NCBI RefSeq assembly: GCF_963921235.1
Contig: NC_086097.1
Coordinates: forward strand, 164,612,001 to 164,676,000
Origin: Mobula hypostoma
Lineage: Eukaryota
DNA: 64,000 nt
Direction of reading: 5' to 3'
The notes below the pieces were generated by a model. That model did not search any database, was not told where the DNA came from, and was given only the letters and a program-made list of their open reading frames with translations. Below, one piece after another: positions 23,480-37,062 of this stretch; the first letter of the stretch is position 1, and every line of letters starts with the position of its first letter. Made by a program: the position numbers and the translations under genes.

Positions 23480-26002
23480 GTTGGTAAGATGAACGACAAC
23501 GGCCAGAGACTGCTGGAGCTTTGCTCCTATCACAGGCTGAGCATCACCAACACGTTCTTCAAGACAAAGCCTTGCCATAAAGTCTCCTGGAGACACCTGA
23601 GGTCCGGACACTGGCATCAGCTGGACATGATCATCACCAGAAGAGCTGCTCTCAACAGTGTGCTTCTAACACGCAGCTTACACAGTGCAGACTGCGACAT
23701 GGACCACTCCATGGTGTGCAGCAAAGTCCGACTGAAACCAAAGAAGATCCAACACACCAAGCAGAAAGGATGCCCACGCATCAAAACCGCTAAGGCAGCA
23801 AACCCAGAACTTCACACGAAACTCAACGACCAAATGGAATAGGCTTTCAAAGCAAATACAACCACAACCATAGAGAAGAGGTGGCACTGAGAATAGCAAG
23901 AAACAACGCTCAAAGGATGACAAGACACTGCGCAATTGAGTACTGGCAGAATCTGTGCCAGAGCCTCCAGACTTGCGCCGACAGTGGCAATGTGCAAGGC
24001 ATGTATGAGGGGATGAAGAAAGCCTTCGGGCCCACCGCAAGCAAGATCACGCGGTTGAAGTCCAAGGATGGTGAAGTCATCAAAGACCGTGCCAAGCAGA
24101 TGGAGGGGGGGGCCAAACACTACCAGAACCTGTACTCCACTGAGAACATGATCACTGAGTCAGCCCTTGCCACTATCCCTGCTCTACCTGTCATGAAAGA
24201 GCTGGAAGTACCCGCAACAGAGGAAGAACTCAGCAAGGCCATCGACTCGCTTTCTTACGGCAGGGCATCAGGCAAGGACAGCATCCCTGCAGAAGTGATC
24301 CAGTGCAGGAAACCAGTGCTCCTACGCCATCTTCACGAGCTGCTCTGCCAGTGCTGGGAGGAGGAATCAGTTCCCCAAGATATGCAAGATGCAAACACCA
24401 TCACATTTTCAAGAATAAGGGAGACCACGATGACTGTAACAATTACAGAGGCATATTCCTGCTCAACACCATTGGCAAGGTGTTTGCCCGAGTGATTCTG
24501 AAGTGACTGCAGACACTGGCAGAACGCATCTACTCTGAGTCCCAGTGTGGCTTCAGAGCAGAGAGATCCACCTTCGACATGATCTTTTCACTCAGGCAGC
24601 TACAGGAGAAGAGACAGGAACAGAGACAGCCTTTATACGTTGCCTTTATCGATCTGACCAAGGCTTTTGACCTGGTTAGCAGAAGAGGCCTCTTCGCACT
24701 CCTGAAGAAGATCGAATGCCCTTCAAAGCTGCTGAATCTCATCGCCTCTTTCCATGACGGCATGCAGGGGACAGTACAATTTGATGGATCATCCTCAGAG
24801 CCCTTCCCCATCCAAAGTGGAGTGAAGCAGGGTTGTGTCCTTGCCCCGACGCTCTTCGGGATCTTCCTCTCCCTCTTACTGTTGTACGCTTTCAGGACAT
24901 CTGATGATGGAGTATACCTACACACTAGGTCCGACGGCAAGCTCTTCAACCTTGCACACCTCAGAGCAAAGACCAAAGTGCGTCAGGTCCTGATCCGGGC
25001 GATACTCTTCGCTGATGATGCCGCCCTGACGTCACACACACAGTCTGGTCTTCAGAGGCTAGTCAGTTCCCTGGCACATGCTTGCCAAGAGTTTGGCCTC
25101 ACCATCAGTCTGAAGAAGACAGAGATCATGGGCCAGGACGTCAGCAAAGCCCCCAGCATCAGCATCGGCGCCCACACCCTGCAAGCAGTAGATGAATTCA
25201 CCTACCTAGGATTGACAGTCTTCAGCAACCTGTCCCTCGATCCAGAGCTCAACAGGAGAATAAGGAAAGCCACCACTGCTATAGCCAAGCTGTCAGAGAG
25301 TGTGGAAAAACAAGAAGCTCACCACAGCCACCAAGATTGCAGTGTACAGAGCCTGCGTACTGAGCACTCTTCTCTACGGCAGCGAGCGTTGGACAACCTA
25401 CGCGCACCAAGAGCACCACCTCAACAGCTTCCACCTACGGTGCTTGCGTCGGATCCTGGGCATTTCCTGGAAAGAGTGCGTGCCAAACAAGGACATCCTG
25501 GACCAGGGCAGCACGCCAAGCATGTATGTCCTTCTCACTCAGCGATGACTGCGCTGGCTTGGCCACGTCTGCCGCATGCAGGATGGCCGCATCCCCAAGG
25601 ACATCCTATACGGAGAACTCACCGCAGGATCCCGGCCCATAGGGCACTCACTGCTGCGTTACAGGGACGTCTGTAAACGTGACCTGAAGTCTGCTGATAA
25701 CAGGGTGGACACTTGGGATGAGAGCTGCAGATCGCTGTACCTGGCAACAGGCTGTGCGTACAGGCATTACCAATGCAGAGGAAAAACGAACTCAACTGTG
25801 GTCGGACAGAAGAGAGAGAAGGAAAGCTGAGGCAGTGACTACCCCACCGCAGCCATCAGCCTTCGTGTGCGGCAGCTGTGCCAAGGACTGCCGCTCAAGA
25901 ATCGGCTTATTCAGCCACAGCCGACGCTGTTCCACACCCAATTGTGTCCTAAACCGGGCACATCCATTGTCTACTTAGACAGACAGAGTCAGAGGTCAGA
26001 GG
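23480..26002 (+). mobile_element. RTE-clade (BovB-like) LINE, 5'-truncated and frameshifted
   Basis: APE C-terminus (NDNGQRLLE...SWRH..SGHWHQLD...SADCDMDH), RT (AFIDLTKAFD, GVKQGCVLAP, LFADD), C-terminal C2H2 finger CGSC...IGLFSH; (TCAGAGG)n tail; 15-bp TSD atcaccaatcRttgt (23465-23479 / 26003-26017). Confidence 0.93.
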
Positions 26003-26964
26003 ATCACCAATCATTGTACAAGTATGTCCAGGCCACTCATTTTAAAGGTTGTTTCTTGCTTGTGCCTATATTAACCACACCCTACGATTATGCCTGTCTA
26101 CTCCCTAACACAATCTACTTGATGGGTAGAGCTAGTCTGCAGATCAGGTTAACAGAAACGGAGTCTTCTCTTTTTGTTTCTGAACCTCTCTGCATACGGT
26201 CATGTTCTTACCCCATGACATACCAATATTATTGTTTTGTTCTGGTGTTGATTTTGGTTGTGCATCTAGTAGCTTTTTCAGGTAGTTCATTACTATTTAT
26301 CAGGTATTTTTGGGGCGTGGACCTTAAAAGCTTAGGTTGGTTTAGGCCAAAATTATTATTTGCCAAATTTGGTCATTACAAGCATCCCTTGAGTGATTCC
26401 TTTCTAAGCAATGAGGGATGAGCTGCTGTTTTTCCTACTTATGTATGATAAAGACATTTAATACATTAAAATGATACAAAAGCCTAGTTTACTGATGCAT
26501 CCCATAATAGAGGTTCAGATGCACTTTGGAACAACATTGGGGAAGGTGAACGGTAACCTCACAATAGAATGTGATTAAAGCAGGCTAGGTACTGAGAATA
26601 TCTGTTTTTATCATTAATCTTCTTTAAATTGCTCTACTTTGTTCCAAAAAATTCTATTCTCTTCAAAGACCCTGACAGAAGCAGATAAACTATGCCTCGC
26701 CTTGTTTATCAGGCAGTCGTTTTCGGTTTATTGGTAGATAAAATCAGTACTTTGCTTGAGTCAGGGTTTCATAGATTGTAGACACTTGCAAGTTTCAGTA
26801 ATTACTGTGTCAAATTTTGAAGTGTGAATTGTATTGGCTCCAGGCTAATTGAAAGCATGTTGAATTTTTATAATGCTTTGGTTAGCTGTGACTGGACTTT
26901 GATGCCCAGTTTAGGAAGGATGTGAGGTCCTTTTACATAGGGGGCCTTTTATTGGTTGAGGTCA

Positions 26965-28068
26965 GTTATGGATGTCATGCCAGGGCAGATTTGGAGAGCA
27001 GGTTATTGCCCAGGCAACAGGCTCCCCTTCTCCACACAGCTGATGAATCCAAAGGAATGGCAGAGACCAATACAGTTTGGCACCGGCAGCATCGCAGGAG
27101 TTGCCTGTCAGCATTGAATTCAATGTGGAACTGCCTTAGGGACTCCAGCTTTGGAAGCCTTAGCCTTCAGTGGCTATAGCCACAAGCCAGCGTAGATTTG
27201 AGATCAGAGTTTTCCTTCTCCTAGATGAGCTGCCAACCGTGGCTGACAAGCCCTATAGAATAAAATAGAAGTTTATTGTTATTGTTCAAGACAACATGAT
27301 TCCAATGTTACTCCAGTCCATGCAAAACAGATATTTACAGTGCATGTGGTGTGGGTTAAATTTTTTTAAAAGTTCCCATATTTACATGGAACAAGTGACT
27401 TCAGTAGTCCATTACATTCAAAGGACATTGGCAAGCCAGGTTGTAGCATTATTCAGCTGCACAACAGCCGTCGGGAAGAAGCTGTTTTTTCACTCTTACT
27501 GTCTTGGCTTAAGATGTTTCTGTGTCTCCTACCAGATGGTATGAGATTGAACAGACAGTGTCTGGGATGGATGGGTCTTTAATGATGTTACGAGTGTGCC
27601 ACAGGCACCAAGAGCTGTAGATTGCTGCCACGTCCAGTGGTTGTATTCTAGTGATCTGCTGAGCTGTGCTAATCAGCTGTTGGAGTGCTTTGTGATCTGT
27701 CTTGCAGCAGCTAGAGTACCTCACTGTCATTCCGTATGACAGTGTGCTCTTTATCACACATTGATAAAAGTTAGCCAGCAATTTTTGGGGCAGATTAGCT
27801 CTCCTTAAGCACCCAGGTAGTACAGTCGCTGTTGTGCCTTCCCTACCACCTGCCCAAAATGATTGGATTTAATGCACCAATAACCCACTTTTGCCCCTTT
27901 TCCTGTCGGTAGAAACGGTTTTACCAGAAATGTAGCTAAGCCATACGTGAAGGCCAGGAGCTGGACTTTTTTGTCAGAGGCGATTTGAGGCACATGCCTT
28001 TGGGAGCATTTACTAGGTGGTGGGAGCTTATCCCCACTACCCCTCCCCCTGCTGACTAAAACCTTAAG
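26965..28068 (-). repeat. Non-coding interspersed repeat, interrupted by a Rex1 fragment; second shorter copy at 42560-42790
   Basis: Shared blocks cacagctgatgaatcca, gtcagcattgaa and terminal ctcccc..gctg..aac..taag between the two loci. Confidence 0.55.
27256..27855 (-). mobile_element. Degraded Rex1/Babar 3' fragment
   Basis: KAQQRLYYL and LANFYQCVIKSTL motifs; (TATTC)n-like tail near 27256-27275. Confidence 0.75.
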
Positions 28069-28259
28069 CTTTTATACAAAATGCAGAACAAAATTCCAGG
28101 ATGATTCAAAGGAAGAGGATTGTTAGTTACAGGGATTTTCCTTTTATTTCTCATCCCTTTTCCTCTTGGACAGAGCAAGAAATGGGTTTTCCTGGTCCTT
28201 CCATATGACCAGTCTCAGCACTGACAGACCACCTCTGCATTTATGCCAAATGCAACAAA

Positions 28260-28700
28260 ATAAAACATCATAGAAACACTTCAGCATTTTGAAGGGATGG
28301 GCCTGTTCTTCCATCACTACCAGCTGTGGTATTGTGGTACTTTTCCACACAGCTGCAGGAGATGTAGGTAGCACTTGTCCTTTCACTTCTTCCCCTCCCA
28401 CCATCGAGAGACCCAAACCCTCCTGCCGTCTGAAGTAGTGAATCACTTGCAATCCTTTCCATCCAGTGTGCTGCATTCACTGTTCACAATGTGGTCTCCT
28501 TTACCCTGAAGGAACCAAACATGGATAGGATGGCTGCTTTCAAGTGCACCTATATTCAGACCTCGAGTTCCTACTTCAATATTCCAACCCACTCCAACTC
28601 CGAACCATACGTCTGTGATCTTCTTCATTGTTACAGCAAGATCCTCTGCAGGCTTGAGGAAGACCACCTAGTCTTCTGTCTGGACATGTTGCGCCATCCG
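28260..28700 (+). mobile_element. Old degraded Penelope fragment (GIY-YIG region)
   Basis: LEEDHLVFCL and HSNS..VCDLLHC homologous to the endonuclease tail of the young copies. Confidence 0.6.
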
Positions 28701-29889
28701 GATTTTCTTTTTGTCTTTTCTGCCAGTCGTTCACCTATGATTTTGTCTTAGTTTTTGTCATACCATCTGACTGGCTGCTCATTTCCCATAGCTGTGCTAT
28801 TGGCAACATTTAACACAGACAAAGAAGCAAAATCTGATTTTGATTACCATATTAACATTTGTCCTCACCCTATCAAAGATATTTTCTTTGTTTTAGCCAT
28901 CCATGAACTCACGAGTGATATCTCACTTTCTTCTTTTGCAAACATGGGCTGTTTAGCCCACGTTCAGCCTTTTATTTATTGTAACGTAGAGTAATTTTAA
29001 TGTCGTGCACTGTACTGTTGCCACAAGACAATAGATTTCACGACATATGTCAGTGAAAATAATCCTGATTCATCTGTTCCACCCTTTCTCCACTACCAAT
29101 TAGTAATTTGTTTCCTTCGCAACACACACAAAGTGCTGGAGGAACTCGCAACACACACCAGCTTTCCTGGAGCATTTTGTGTCTGTATCTTTGGATTTCC
29201 AGCATCTGCGGTTTGTCTCAAATTTGATTTTTTTCTTCTCTAGATAAGACAAAAGGCCTTGGATCTGAAATATTGATCCCATTTCTTCTTCCGCAGAAGC
29301 TGCCGGATTTGCTGAATGTTTCTAGTATTCTGTACTGGGGTTGTTCTCCTTGTAATTAAGGGGGTTCAGATGAGATTTGATAATAACATGTTTAGATAAA
29401 GAGACAAAGTAATCCTATTCATATTGGCCGAGGGTAGTCAAGTTAGGTACATGGTTTAAAACTATTCAATAAATATAGTTCAATAAAAACCAAAAAAAAA
29501 TCCGCAGATGCTGGAAATCTGAAATAAAAACAGGAAATGCTGGAAAACTTGACAGGTGAGGCAGCATTATTGGAAAAGGAAACCATTTCAGGTGAAGATC
29601 CTTTATCATTTTGATCTGGGTGGAAGTCAGAAGTAACAGTGCAATCAGAGGAGTGGGGGGAAGACTGAGAAGAGGATAAGTGATGGAATAGGTCACGGTC
29701 TTAACAGTGAATCAAATCTAGGAATACAATCTCAACTTAACACTGCACCTTGAAGATTCAACTATCTTGGAAAGTGGTCTTTCTTAGGACAGCTGATCTA
29801 AGTTTCTCCTCAATATTTCAACAAAAAAAAAGATATCACCCCATATGCAAAAGATGTGCAAACTATGCTAGATGTCAGAGGTGAATTAG

Positions 29890-30380
29890 ATTGGGAGGAG
29901 TAACACCTCACATTTTGACTGGGTGGCCTCCAACCTGATGGCATGAAAATTGATTTCTCTGACTTCTGGTAATTTCTCCCCATCCCCCTTCTCTTCTTTT
30001 CCATTCCCCATTCTGGATCCCCTCTTACCCCTTCTCCTCTCACCTGCTAATCACTGCCCCCGATGCCCCTCCTCCTTCTGTTCCTCCGATGGTTCACTCT
30101 CCTATCAAATTCCCGTTTTTTTCCCAGTTCTTTACCTTTTCCACCTTTTACCTCCCGAATTCTCACTTCAACCACCCTCCTCCACTTACCTACCTTCCCC
30201 CTCACCTGGTTTCACCTATCACTTGCCAGCTTGCACCCCTTCCCCTCCTCCCATTTTATTCTGGCTTCTTCCTCCTTCCTTTCTTTTGTGAGAAAGGGTC
30301 TCAGCCCTAAACATCAGTTTTTATTTCCCTTCTTAGATGCTGCCTGACCTACTGAGTTCCTTCAGCATTTTGAGAGTGTT
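29890..30380 (+). mobile_element. Penelope 3' end and pLTR fragment
   Basis: ctccaacctgatggcatgaa, pyrimidine-rich tract, decayed hammerhead at ~30288-30318, gatgctgcctgacc tail. Confidence 0.75.
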
Positions 30381-31029
30381 ATATTGGGAAGCACCTGTTC
30401 AGATTTACTAAATAATACAACATGATCTGGCAATGGAGGTGTTGTGGTTTATTACAGGTGAATTCAAATTGCATAATGCTGAAAGATAGCATTGCACAAC
30501 TATATTTCTAACCCAGTAAGTTTTACTGGAAAGTAGACAGTTGAACATTCTGTAGTGGTATTAGCTTTATCCCCTTTGAAATGTTGGGGTTGTAGGCAGA
30601 AAATATGGAATAATTTATACTGTTTCCCTACAGGCTACAGCGTTGAGTAACCCAGATATATCCTGAAAAAAGGTGCCTATAGAGATACCCAGTCTGGAGA
30701 GATCTGTGCAGTCAAAGAGAAGGGAAAATCATCTCTGATCCCGAGATTTCATTCCCAATCTTCTGACTTCACTCACAACCCCCTGATCTCGTCCCCAAAG
30801 GCCAATTGCACTAAATCCCTTTGCACCCCATATTTACTCCCCAATCCCACTTCCACTGAGACTCATGACCAGTATAGAATCTTCCTCTCTGGTCACCAAG
30901 CCACTTTACTCGCTTGCTTACCTGACCTTGGAACTATGACCATGTCCCCCTCTTAACATCAATAATGCTTGCGAATTTTTGGCTATTTGGTCGTGAGTGC
31001 TCACAACCAGTCAGCAAATTGACATTGCT

Positions 31030-31350
31030 GGGTGAGCAGCGGTGTCACTGTTCCAGTGACCCAGGTCTTATTCCTACTTTATGAACTGAATGTGTGAAGT
31101 TGGCATGTTCCCTGTGTGTGAGCTTCCTCTGACTGCTCTGATTTACCACCATGTCCAAAGACATACAGGTTGGTAGCTCAGTTGGCCACTGTAAATTGCC
31201 CCAGTGTGTTAGGTGAGGGGGAGAAACTAGGGCTAGTTGAGGGGAATTGTCGAGGTGTGGCAGCAGGAGGGGGAATAGAATGAAATTGGCAAGGGTTGGT
31301 GTGTAGTAGGTAGTCAGTTCAGGATCAGTGGGTCAGAGACTGTGTTTTCC
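31030..31350 (+). mobile_element. Degraded V-SINE
   Basis: V-domain-like ttcctctgactgctctgatttaccaccatgtccaaagac. Confidence 0.55.
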
Positions 31351-31397
31351 TACCATACGACTCTGTGATTGTAAACAATCATTCGGGTCTCTACACC

Positions 31398-31832
31398 TCT
31401 TATGAGGAAAGGTTGAGCAAGCTGCAGCTTTTCTCTTTCGAGTGAAGGAGGATGAGTGGAGACTTGATAGAGGTGATTAAGATTATAAGGGACAAGATAG
31501 AATGGGCAGCCAGCAATGTTTTTCCCAAGGTGGCATTGGCTAATGCCAGAGGACATCCTTTTAAGATGAATTGAGTAAAGCTTAAGGAAAATGTCAAAGG
31601 TAGGTTTTTTATGCAGAGTGGTAAGTGTCCAGAATGCACTTCTGGGGCGGTAATAAAAGCTGACACACTAGGGACATTTAAGAGACTCTTTGATAGGCAC
31701 ATGGATGAAAAACATGGAGGGTTATTGGCTATGCTGGAAGGAAGGGTTAGATTGATCATGAAATGGGTTAGAAGGTCAGTACAACATTGGTGGCCAAAGG
31801 GCTCATACTGTGTTGTACTGTTCTATGTTCTG
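31398..31832 (+). mobile_element. CR1 LINE 3' end
   Basis: Homologous to other CR1 3' ends; ttctatgttct tail. Confidence 0.8.
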
Positions 31833-34800
31833 GGATGCTGATGTTCAGCTTTCTAATGTGCCCTTCTGGCTGCTCTAGACCATCTAGGTGTTTGTTCTGT
31901 GACAAGATGTGCTGACACTGTAATGTGAAGAAAACATATGATCAGGTTAGCCTTCCAGGAAGTAGGCATGACAAGTACAATAAGTACAAACTTTATACGG
32001 CTTACCCATGACACAATGGAGAAGTGGCAAATCCATTATCAGGTTTTATTTGATATTCCTAGAGGACATGGTTTTGTTCAGTAAATTCTATTTTGCAACC
32101 ACAGACATCCTGATAACATACAGATTGACAGAAATGGGTCAGTGATGTCTTTTCATGGTCTTGCTAATTAAAATTGAAGATTAATGCATATTATATTTGT
32201 TAACCTATTAATTTCTCAGAGGAGCATTGAAATTTGGAGGTCAATCTGAGCAGTCTGGTTGGGTCCAGTAAATCACCTGCAAATGCTTCTCTTCCAGACC
32301 TTCACAATAATGTCAGGTGTCCACCAAGGATCAACTCCACCCTATTACTCACCCAGCAGGGTGGCAGTTGGGACACCTGAGGGAGAACGATGCGGATGGG
32401 TTGAGAGGGATGAGGAAGAATAATTTTCAAGATTTATAAAGGATGTGTTTATTCTGAAAAGTGGCACACTTTCAACTTGACAAACTAACTCAAGAACATA
32501 AGGTGAAATTGTTTATACAGTGCATTGGTTCAGTGCTGAAATTCATTGCAACTCAAGTTGTATTTGTATATCACAATGAACACTGCAACACCAAAGCTCT
32601 TAAGAAGATGGAAGCTTAAAAAAAACTCTTAACTTTGACTGTTAGCTACAGGAGGCCACAAACAATGAGCAAAAGTTGGAAGTTGGTTCAAAGAGAAAAA
32701 GGGCAGAGTGTAGAATCTTGAGGAAGAAATATACTTCTTAAATGGGACTGTCATCTGTGGTGTGATAATTAAAGTTTCACTGGAAGCATTGTTGTAAGCA
32801 GTTCTTCGAGTCACTCTGGGGTTGTTGGGCACAGGTTTAATAAGCAGAGATATCTGCAGAGCTATGTTGGCAAACCTGCTCCTGTGGGACTAAATTGTAC
32901 AGTTCTTTTAAAGGGCAGGCACTGTTCTGACAGATTGAATGGCCAGCTACATTATTATTAAGTTCTGCAATTAAAACGTAGAAAGCAGATGCATTCATAT
33001 GGCACCTTTCACTACTTCCACGAAGTGCTTCTGCAATGCAGTCATTCGTTGTTGTCATGTTGAACATCAGAGCAAACCAAAATTTGTTGAAAAATCTATT
33101 CTCACGGCGACTGCTACTGCTGTTCGTTGTGCTGTTGGCTGTGTTGCCATATTAAGGCGTAAGAGTACAGCTGCAGTCTGCTGTTTAATACAATATTGAT
33201 TTATATGTTTAGCTTTGCCAGAAAAGCACTCCAACTGTTTAAAGGGTTTAAATGCCATTTCAGTCTTCTCTTTTTTGTCTATTGTGTTTGTTGCATGCAT
33301 CTGATAGAAGTCAGAAACAGAGAAGGGTATTATGGAGGATTGATTTGTTCATGAACCCACTGTTTTAACAGAGCTTAATCAGAATATAAAGCATTTTTGA
33401 ATGAAACGAGCTGTTAAAGATGAACATTATCTTACATTGAATCATAATTCTGCAAGATATATGGGGAAATAAGTTTGTATTCATCTATCTGGCTAGCTGA
33501 TACAGTTCCAGCAGTATGTAGTCACCCTGCTTTGCCTGTCTGAGCACCTTCCTAAATGGTTCAGTGCAGATTTTATTTGAAAACACTCCTGTAGCATAAC
33601 TTGGAATGTTTTACTAGGTTCCTACTTTGCCTTTGAGTTGTGAAGGAGTTGGAGTCGTGGGCAATTTTGCGGACATTGGATCGCATCCAGATATTGCACT
33701 TTTTTGGGCAAAGTTGGGAATTCATGATGCTCGTACAAAATAGAGGTCACATGAAACTAAAGTATTGCCAAAGCAACAAATAATATCAGACCAAGGCAAA
33801 TCCACAGACCTCCTTTCAATACATTTACACTTACAAGGGAGTTCAGCAGAGTATATTTCCCTTTTTGGCAATCTGTTTTTATTCCTTGGTCTTATGTTGA
33901 CCAGCTGCTTTTAAATTGGCAATGAGCATTGGCACCGCATGTGCTGACAAAAAAATTCATTCCTCTTTGCAATCAAAAAATAGAGAAAAAGATCATGCTT
34001 GAAGTAGTTGAGTATAATAACCAAAATATGTTGAGCAATCTGTTTGCACAGTGGCTGCCGTGATTTTTGCTGTGGCCGAGCTGCCAATTTAACACATGAA
34101 GAACAGCTGCAGTCTGTCCAGAGAGGATGCCTGACCAGATTCACTTCCAGGCCCATGCAAGGGAGCAGCAATGAGGCAGCTGAAAGCCAGAGTTTGGGAC
34201 CCTTTTGAAGTGATTCACCTTACTCAACCATGAAGTCATTTTAAAAACAATTTACTTATACAATGGTTACATCATTTGATTTTAGCATTGCTCCTGATGA
34301 CTAATTAATGCAACATAAATTTAAGTGTCAGTTTAGATTGGATAAAATCTGACTGCCTCTGTGTTGCCATTTTGTATTATTCTGCACTGTGAAGTAGTCT
34401 TTTACATACTTACCTTTTTCCATTTCTAATTAGAAATGGGCCTTCATAGGGTCATTGAGCAGAAGTTTGTCCATAGCTTTCTATGTCTCAACAATGTTCC
34501 CCAGTTGCTTCATGTATTTTCTGAGAGCGCCTGCCACCACTTCTTCTCAGATTATGTGTTTCAGATTGAAGGCAGCCTCCAGGTGAAAAATTCTTCCTCA
34601 GATCGCCTCTAAACCTCCTTATTCCTCAGCTCAAATCTGCACCCTCTACTCTTAGATTCTCTGCCAAAAGAAAATGTTTCTTACTATTTGCCTTTTCTAT
34701 GCCTCTCAAAATTTGCATTGCTGTGCCAGGTCACCTGTCAACTTCTCCATCTCCAAGTCTGTTCAGTCTGTCTTTATAACTGAACTGTTCCATCCTGGTG

Positions 34801-35079
34801 AATCTTCTCTGCACCCTGTCCAATGCAATGACATCCATAAGGGAGAAGTTTCGAGAGTACAGTGAGTGATAGGTTAGTTTTTTTAAATTTTATTAAAGTT
34901 CTATGGAAGCAATTGTAACAAATATCTTCCTCCCTTAATTTATAATTACACTCAGAATGTTCAGATGTTGTAAGTCAAGTTTAAATTTGGATGTGTATTT
35001 TCTCCAGCTAGTTCATTAAAATATTTGACCAGTATTAAAAATAAAACACAAAAATAAAAGTAATCAGAGAACTGACAGT

Positions 35080-36402
35080 GTATAATGGTATAACTCTATT
35101 TAAGAAGAGAACAAGGGAACGTCCTGGGAACCCTAGAGAGTGAGTCTCATGTCAGTTGTAGGGAAATTGCTGGAGAAAATTCTTAGGGATAGGATATATG
35201 AGCAATTGGAAACCGTGGCCTAACTAGGGAGAGCCAGCGTGGTTTTGTGTGGGGCATGTCATGTCTTACCAATTTGACTGAGTTTTTTGACAAGGTGACA
35301 AGAGAGATTGATAAAGGTAGAGCAATGGGTGTTGTCTATATGGATTTTAGAAAGGCATTTGACAAAGTCACTCATCGGTTAATCCAGAAGATTAGGATGC
35401 ATGGGGTCTGCGGCAATTTTGTGCTCGAAGGGACTTATTCGAGCTGGAGGTCTGTAATTAGTGGTGTTCCACAGGGATCTGTGCTGTGACCTCTGCTGCA
35501 TATAAGTGACCTGGATGAAATTGTAGATGGGTTAGTAAGTTTGCAGATGATAGCAATATTGGTGGAGTTGTGGATAGTGTAGAAGACTGGCAACAAATAC
35601 AGCACAATATAGATCAGTTGCAGATATGGGCAGGGAAATGGCAGATGGAGTTTAATCTAGATAAATGTGAGATGCTGTACTTTGGTAGGGCAAATGCGAG
35701 GAGACAATACACTGTTACGGGTACACTGCCGAGCAGAGAGATCTTGGGGTCGAAGTTCATAGTTTCATGAAAGTGGCTACTCAAATCAATAGGGTGGTTA
35801 AGAAGGCTTATGGAATGCTTGCTTTTTTAGTCTAGGCATTGTGTTCAAAAGTCAGGAGGTTATGTTGCAACTTCATAAAGCCACATCTGGAGTCCACTAT
35901 TGGAAGAACGTTGAGGCTTTGGAGAGAGTGCAGAAATAGTTTACCAAGATGCTGCTTGGTTTGGAGCGCAGGTGCTATCGTGAGAGGCTGGGTTGTTTTC
36001 TTTGGAGCGGCAGAGGCTGAGAGGAGATCTGATTGAGGTTCATAAGATTATGAGAAGCATAGACAGAGAAGACAGGGTGTATCTTTTTCCTGGGTAGAAA
36101 TGTCTGATACCAGCAGGCATGCATTGAAGGTGAGAGAAGGTAGGTTCAAAGGGGATGTGAGGGTTAAGTTTTTTACTCAGAGGGTGGTCAATGCCTGGAA
36201 TATGCTAGCTGGATGGTGGTCGAGGCAAATATATTAGAGGTTTTGAAGAGACATTTAGATAGACACCTGAATATGAGGCAGATGGAAGGATGGTATGGGT
36301 CAGAGGGATTAGTTTCTGGGGTTTTTGATTTACTTTTTAGCTGGTTTGACACAATATTGTGGCTGAAGAGCCTGTTCCTTTGCTGTAATTGTTCTATGTT
36401 TT
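35080..36402 (+). mobile_element. Degraded CR1 LINE (RT to 3' end)
   Basis: SCLTNLTEFF, VYMDFRKAFDKV, SGVPQGSVL, WQMEFN motifs. Confidence 0.88.
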
Positions 36403-37062
36403 ATCAGAGTGGCTGCGAATGTTAAACCAATTTAGAAGTTAATTTAGGTCTAAGATCTAATCTTTGGTACCCTTTTGAGAAACCTATTTTCCCATTAATT
36501 AAATGCTAGTTGGTTCCTGGTTGCTGGATCTGGATGCAGCCAGGCTCAATCATTTTGGTGTGGCAAGCTACTTTGTCGTGTGAATTGAATTTCCAATTTT
36601 GTAAAGATTTTGCTTGTGGTTGCTCATAAGGTAGCAAGATGAGTGAAACGTATGTGGTTAGTCCTTTCTTTCTTTTGGACTGGTGACTGCATCTGGGTTT
36701 AAGGCAATTTCATATCCTGTCAGAACTGGAGAAGTTATCTGCACATCTTGTGCAAAGGTGCTTTAGCAGATTAAAGGTACTGAGAAAGAGAAAATAAAAA
36801 TCAAAGAAAAATCCCATTCAAATATATCATGCACTATCAGATATAAACTACAGACAGGAAACAGTGACCAGTTTGTATATTTATTTCACTTAAAGCAGCA
36901 ACATGATTAATGATCGGATGTTTGATTGGCTGCATTTGTTCTGTGTTAGAGGAATTGGGTTCATATATGAAGGAGCATCCTACCTTGATTAAGAACATTG
37001 GATTACTGGCCCATAACTAGCTACGTATGCCATTGCTTTGACTCAGTTGTGGTCACCATTCT

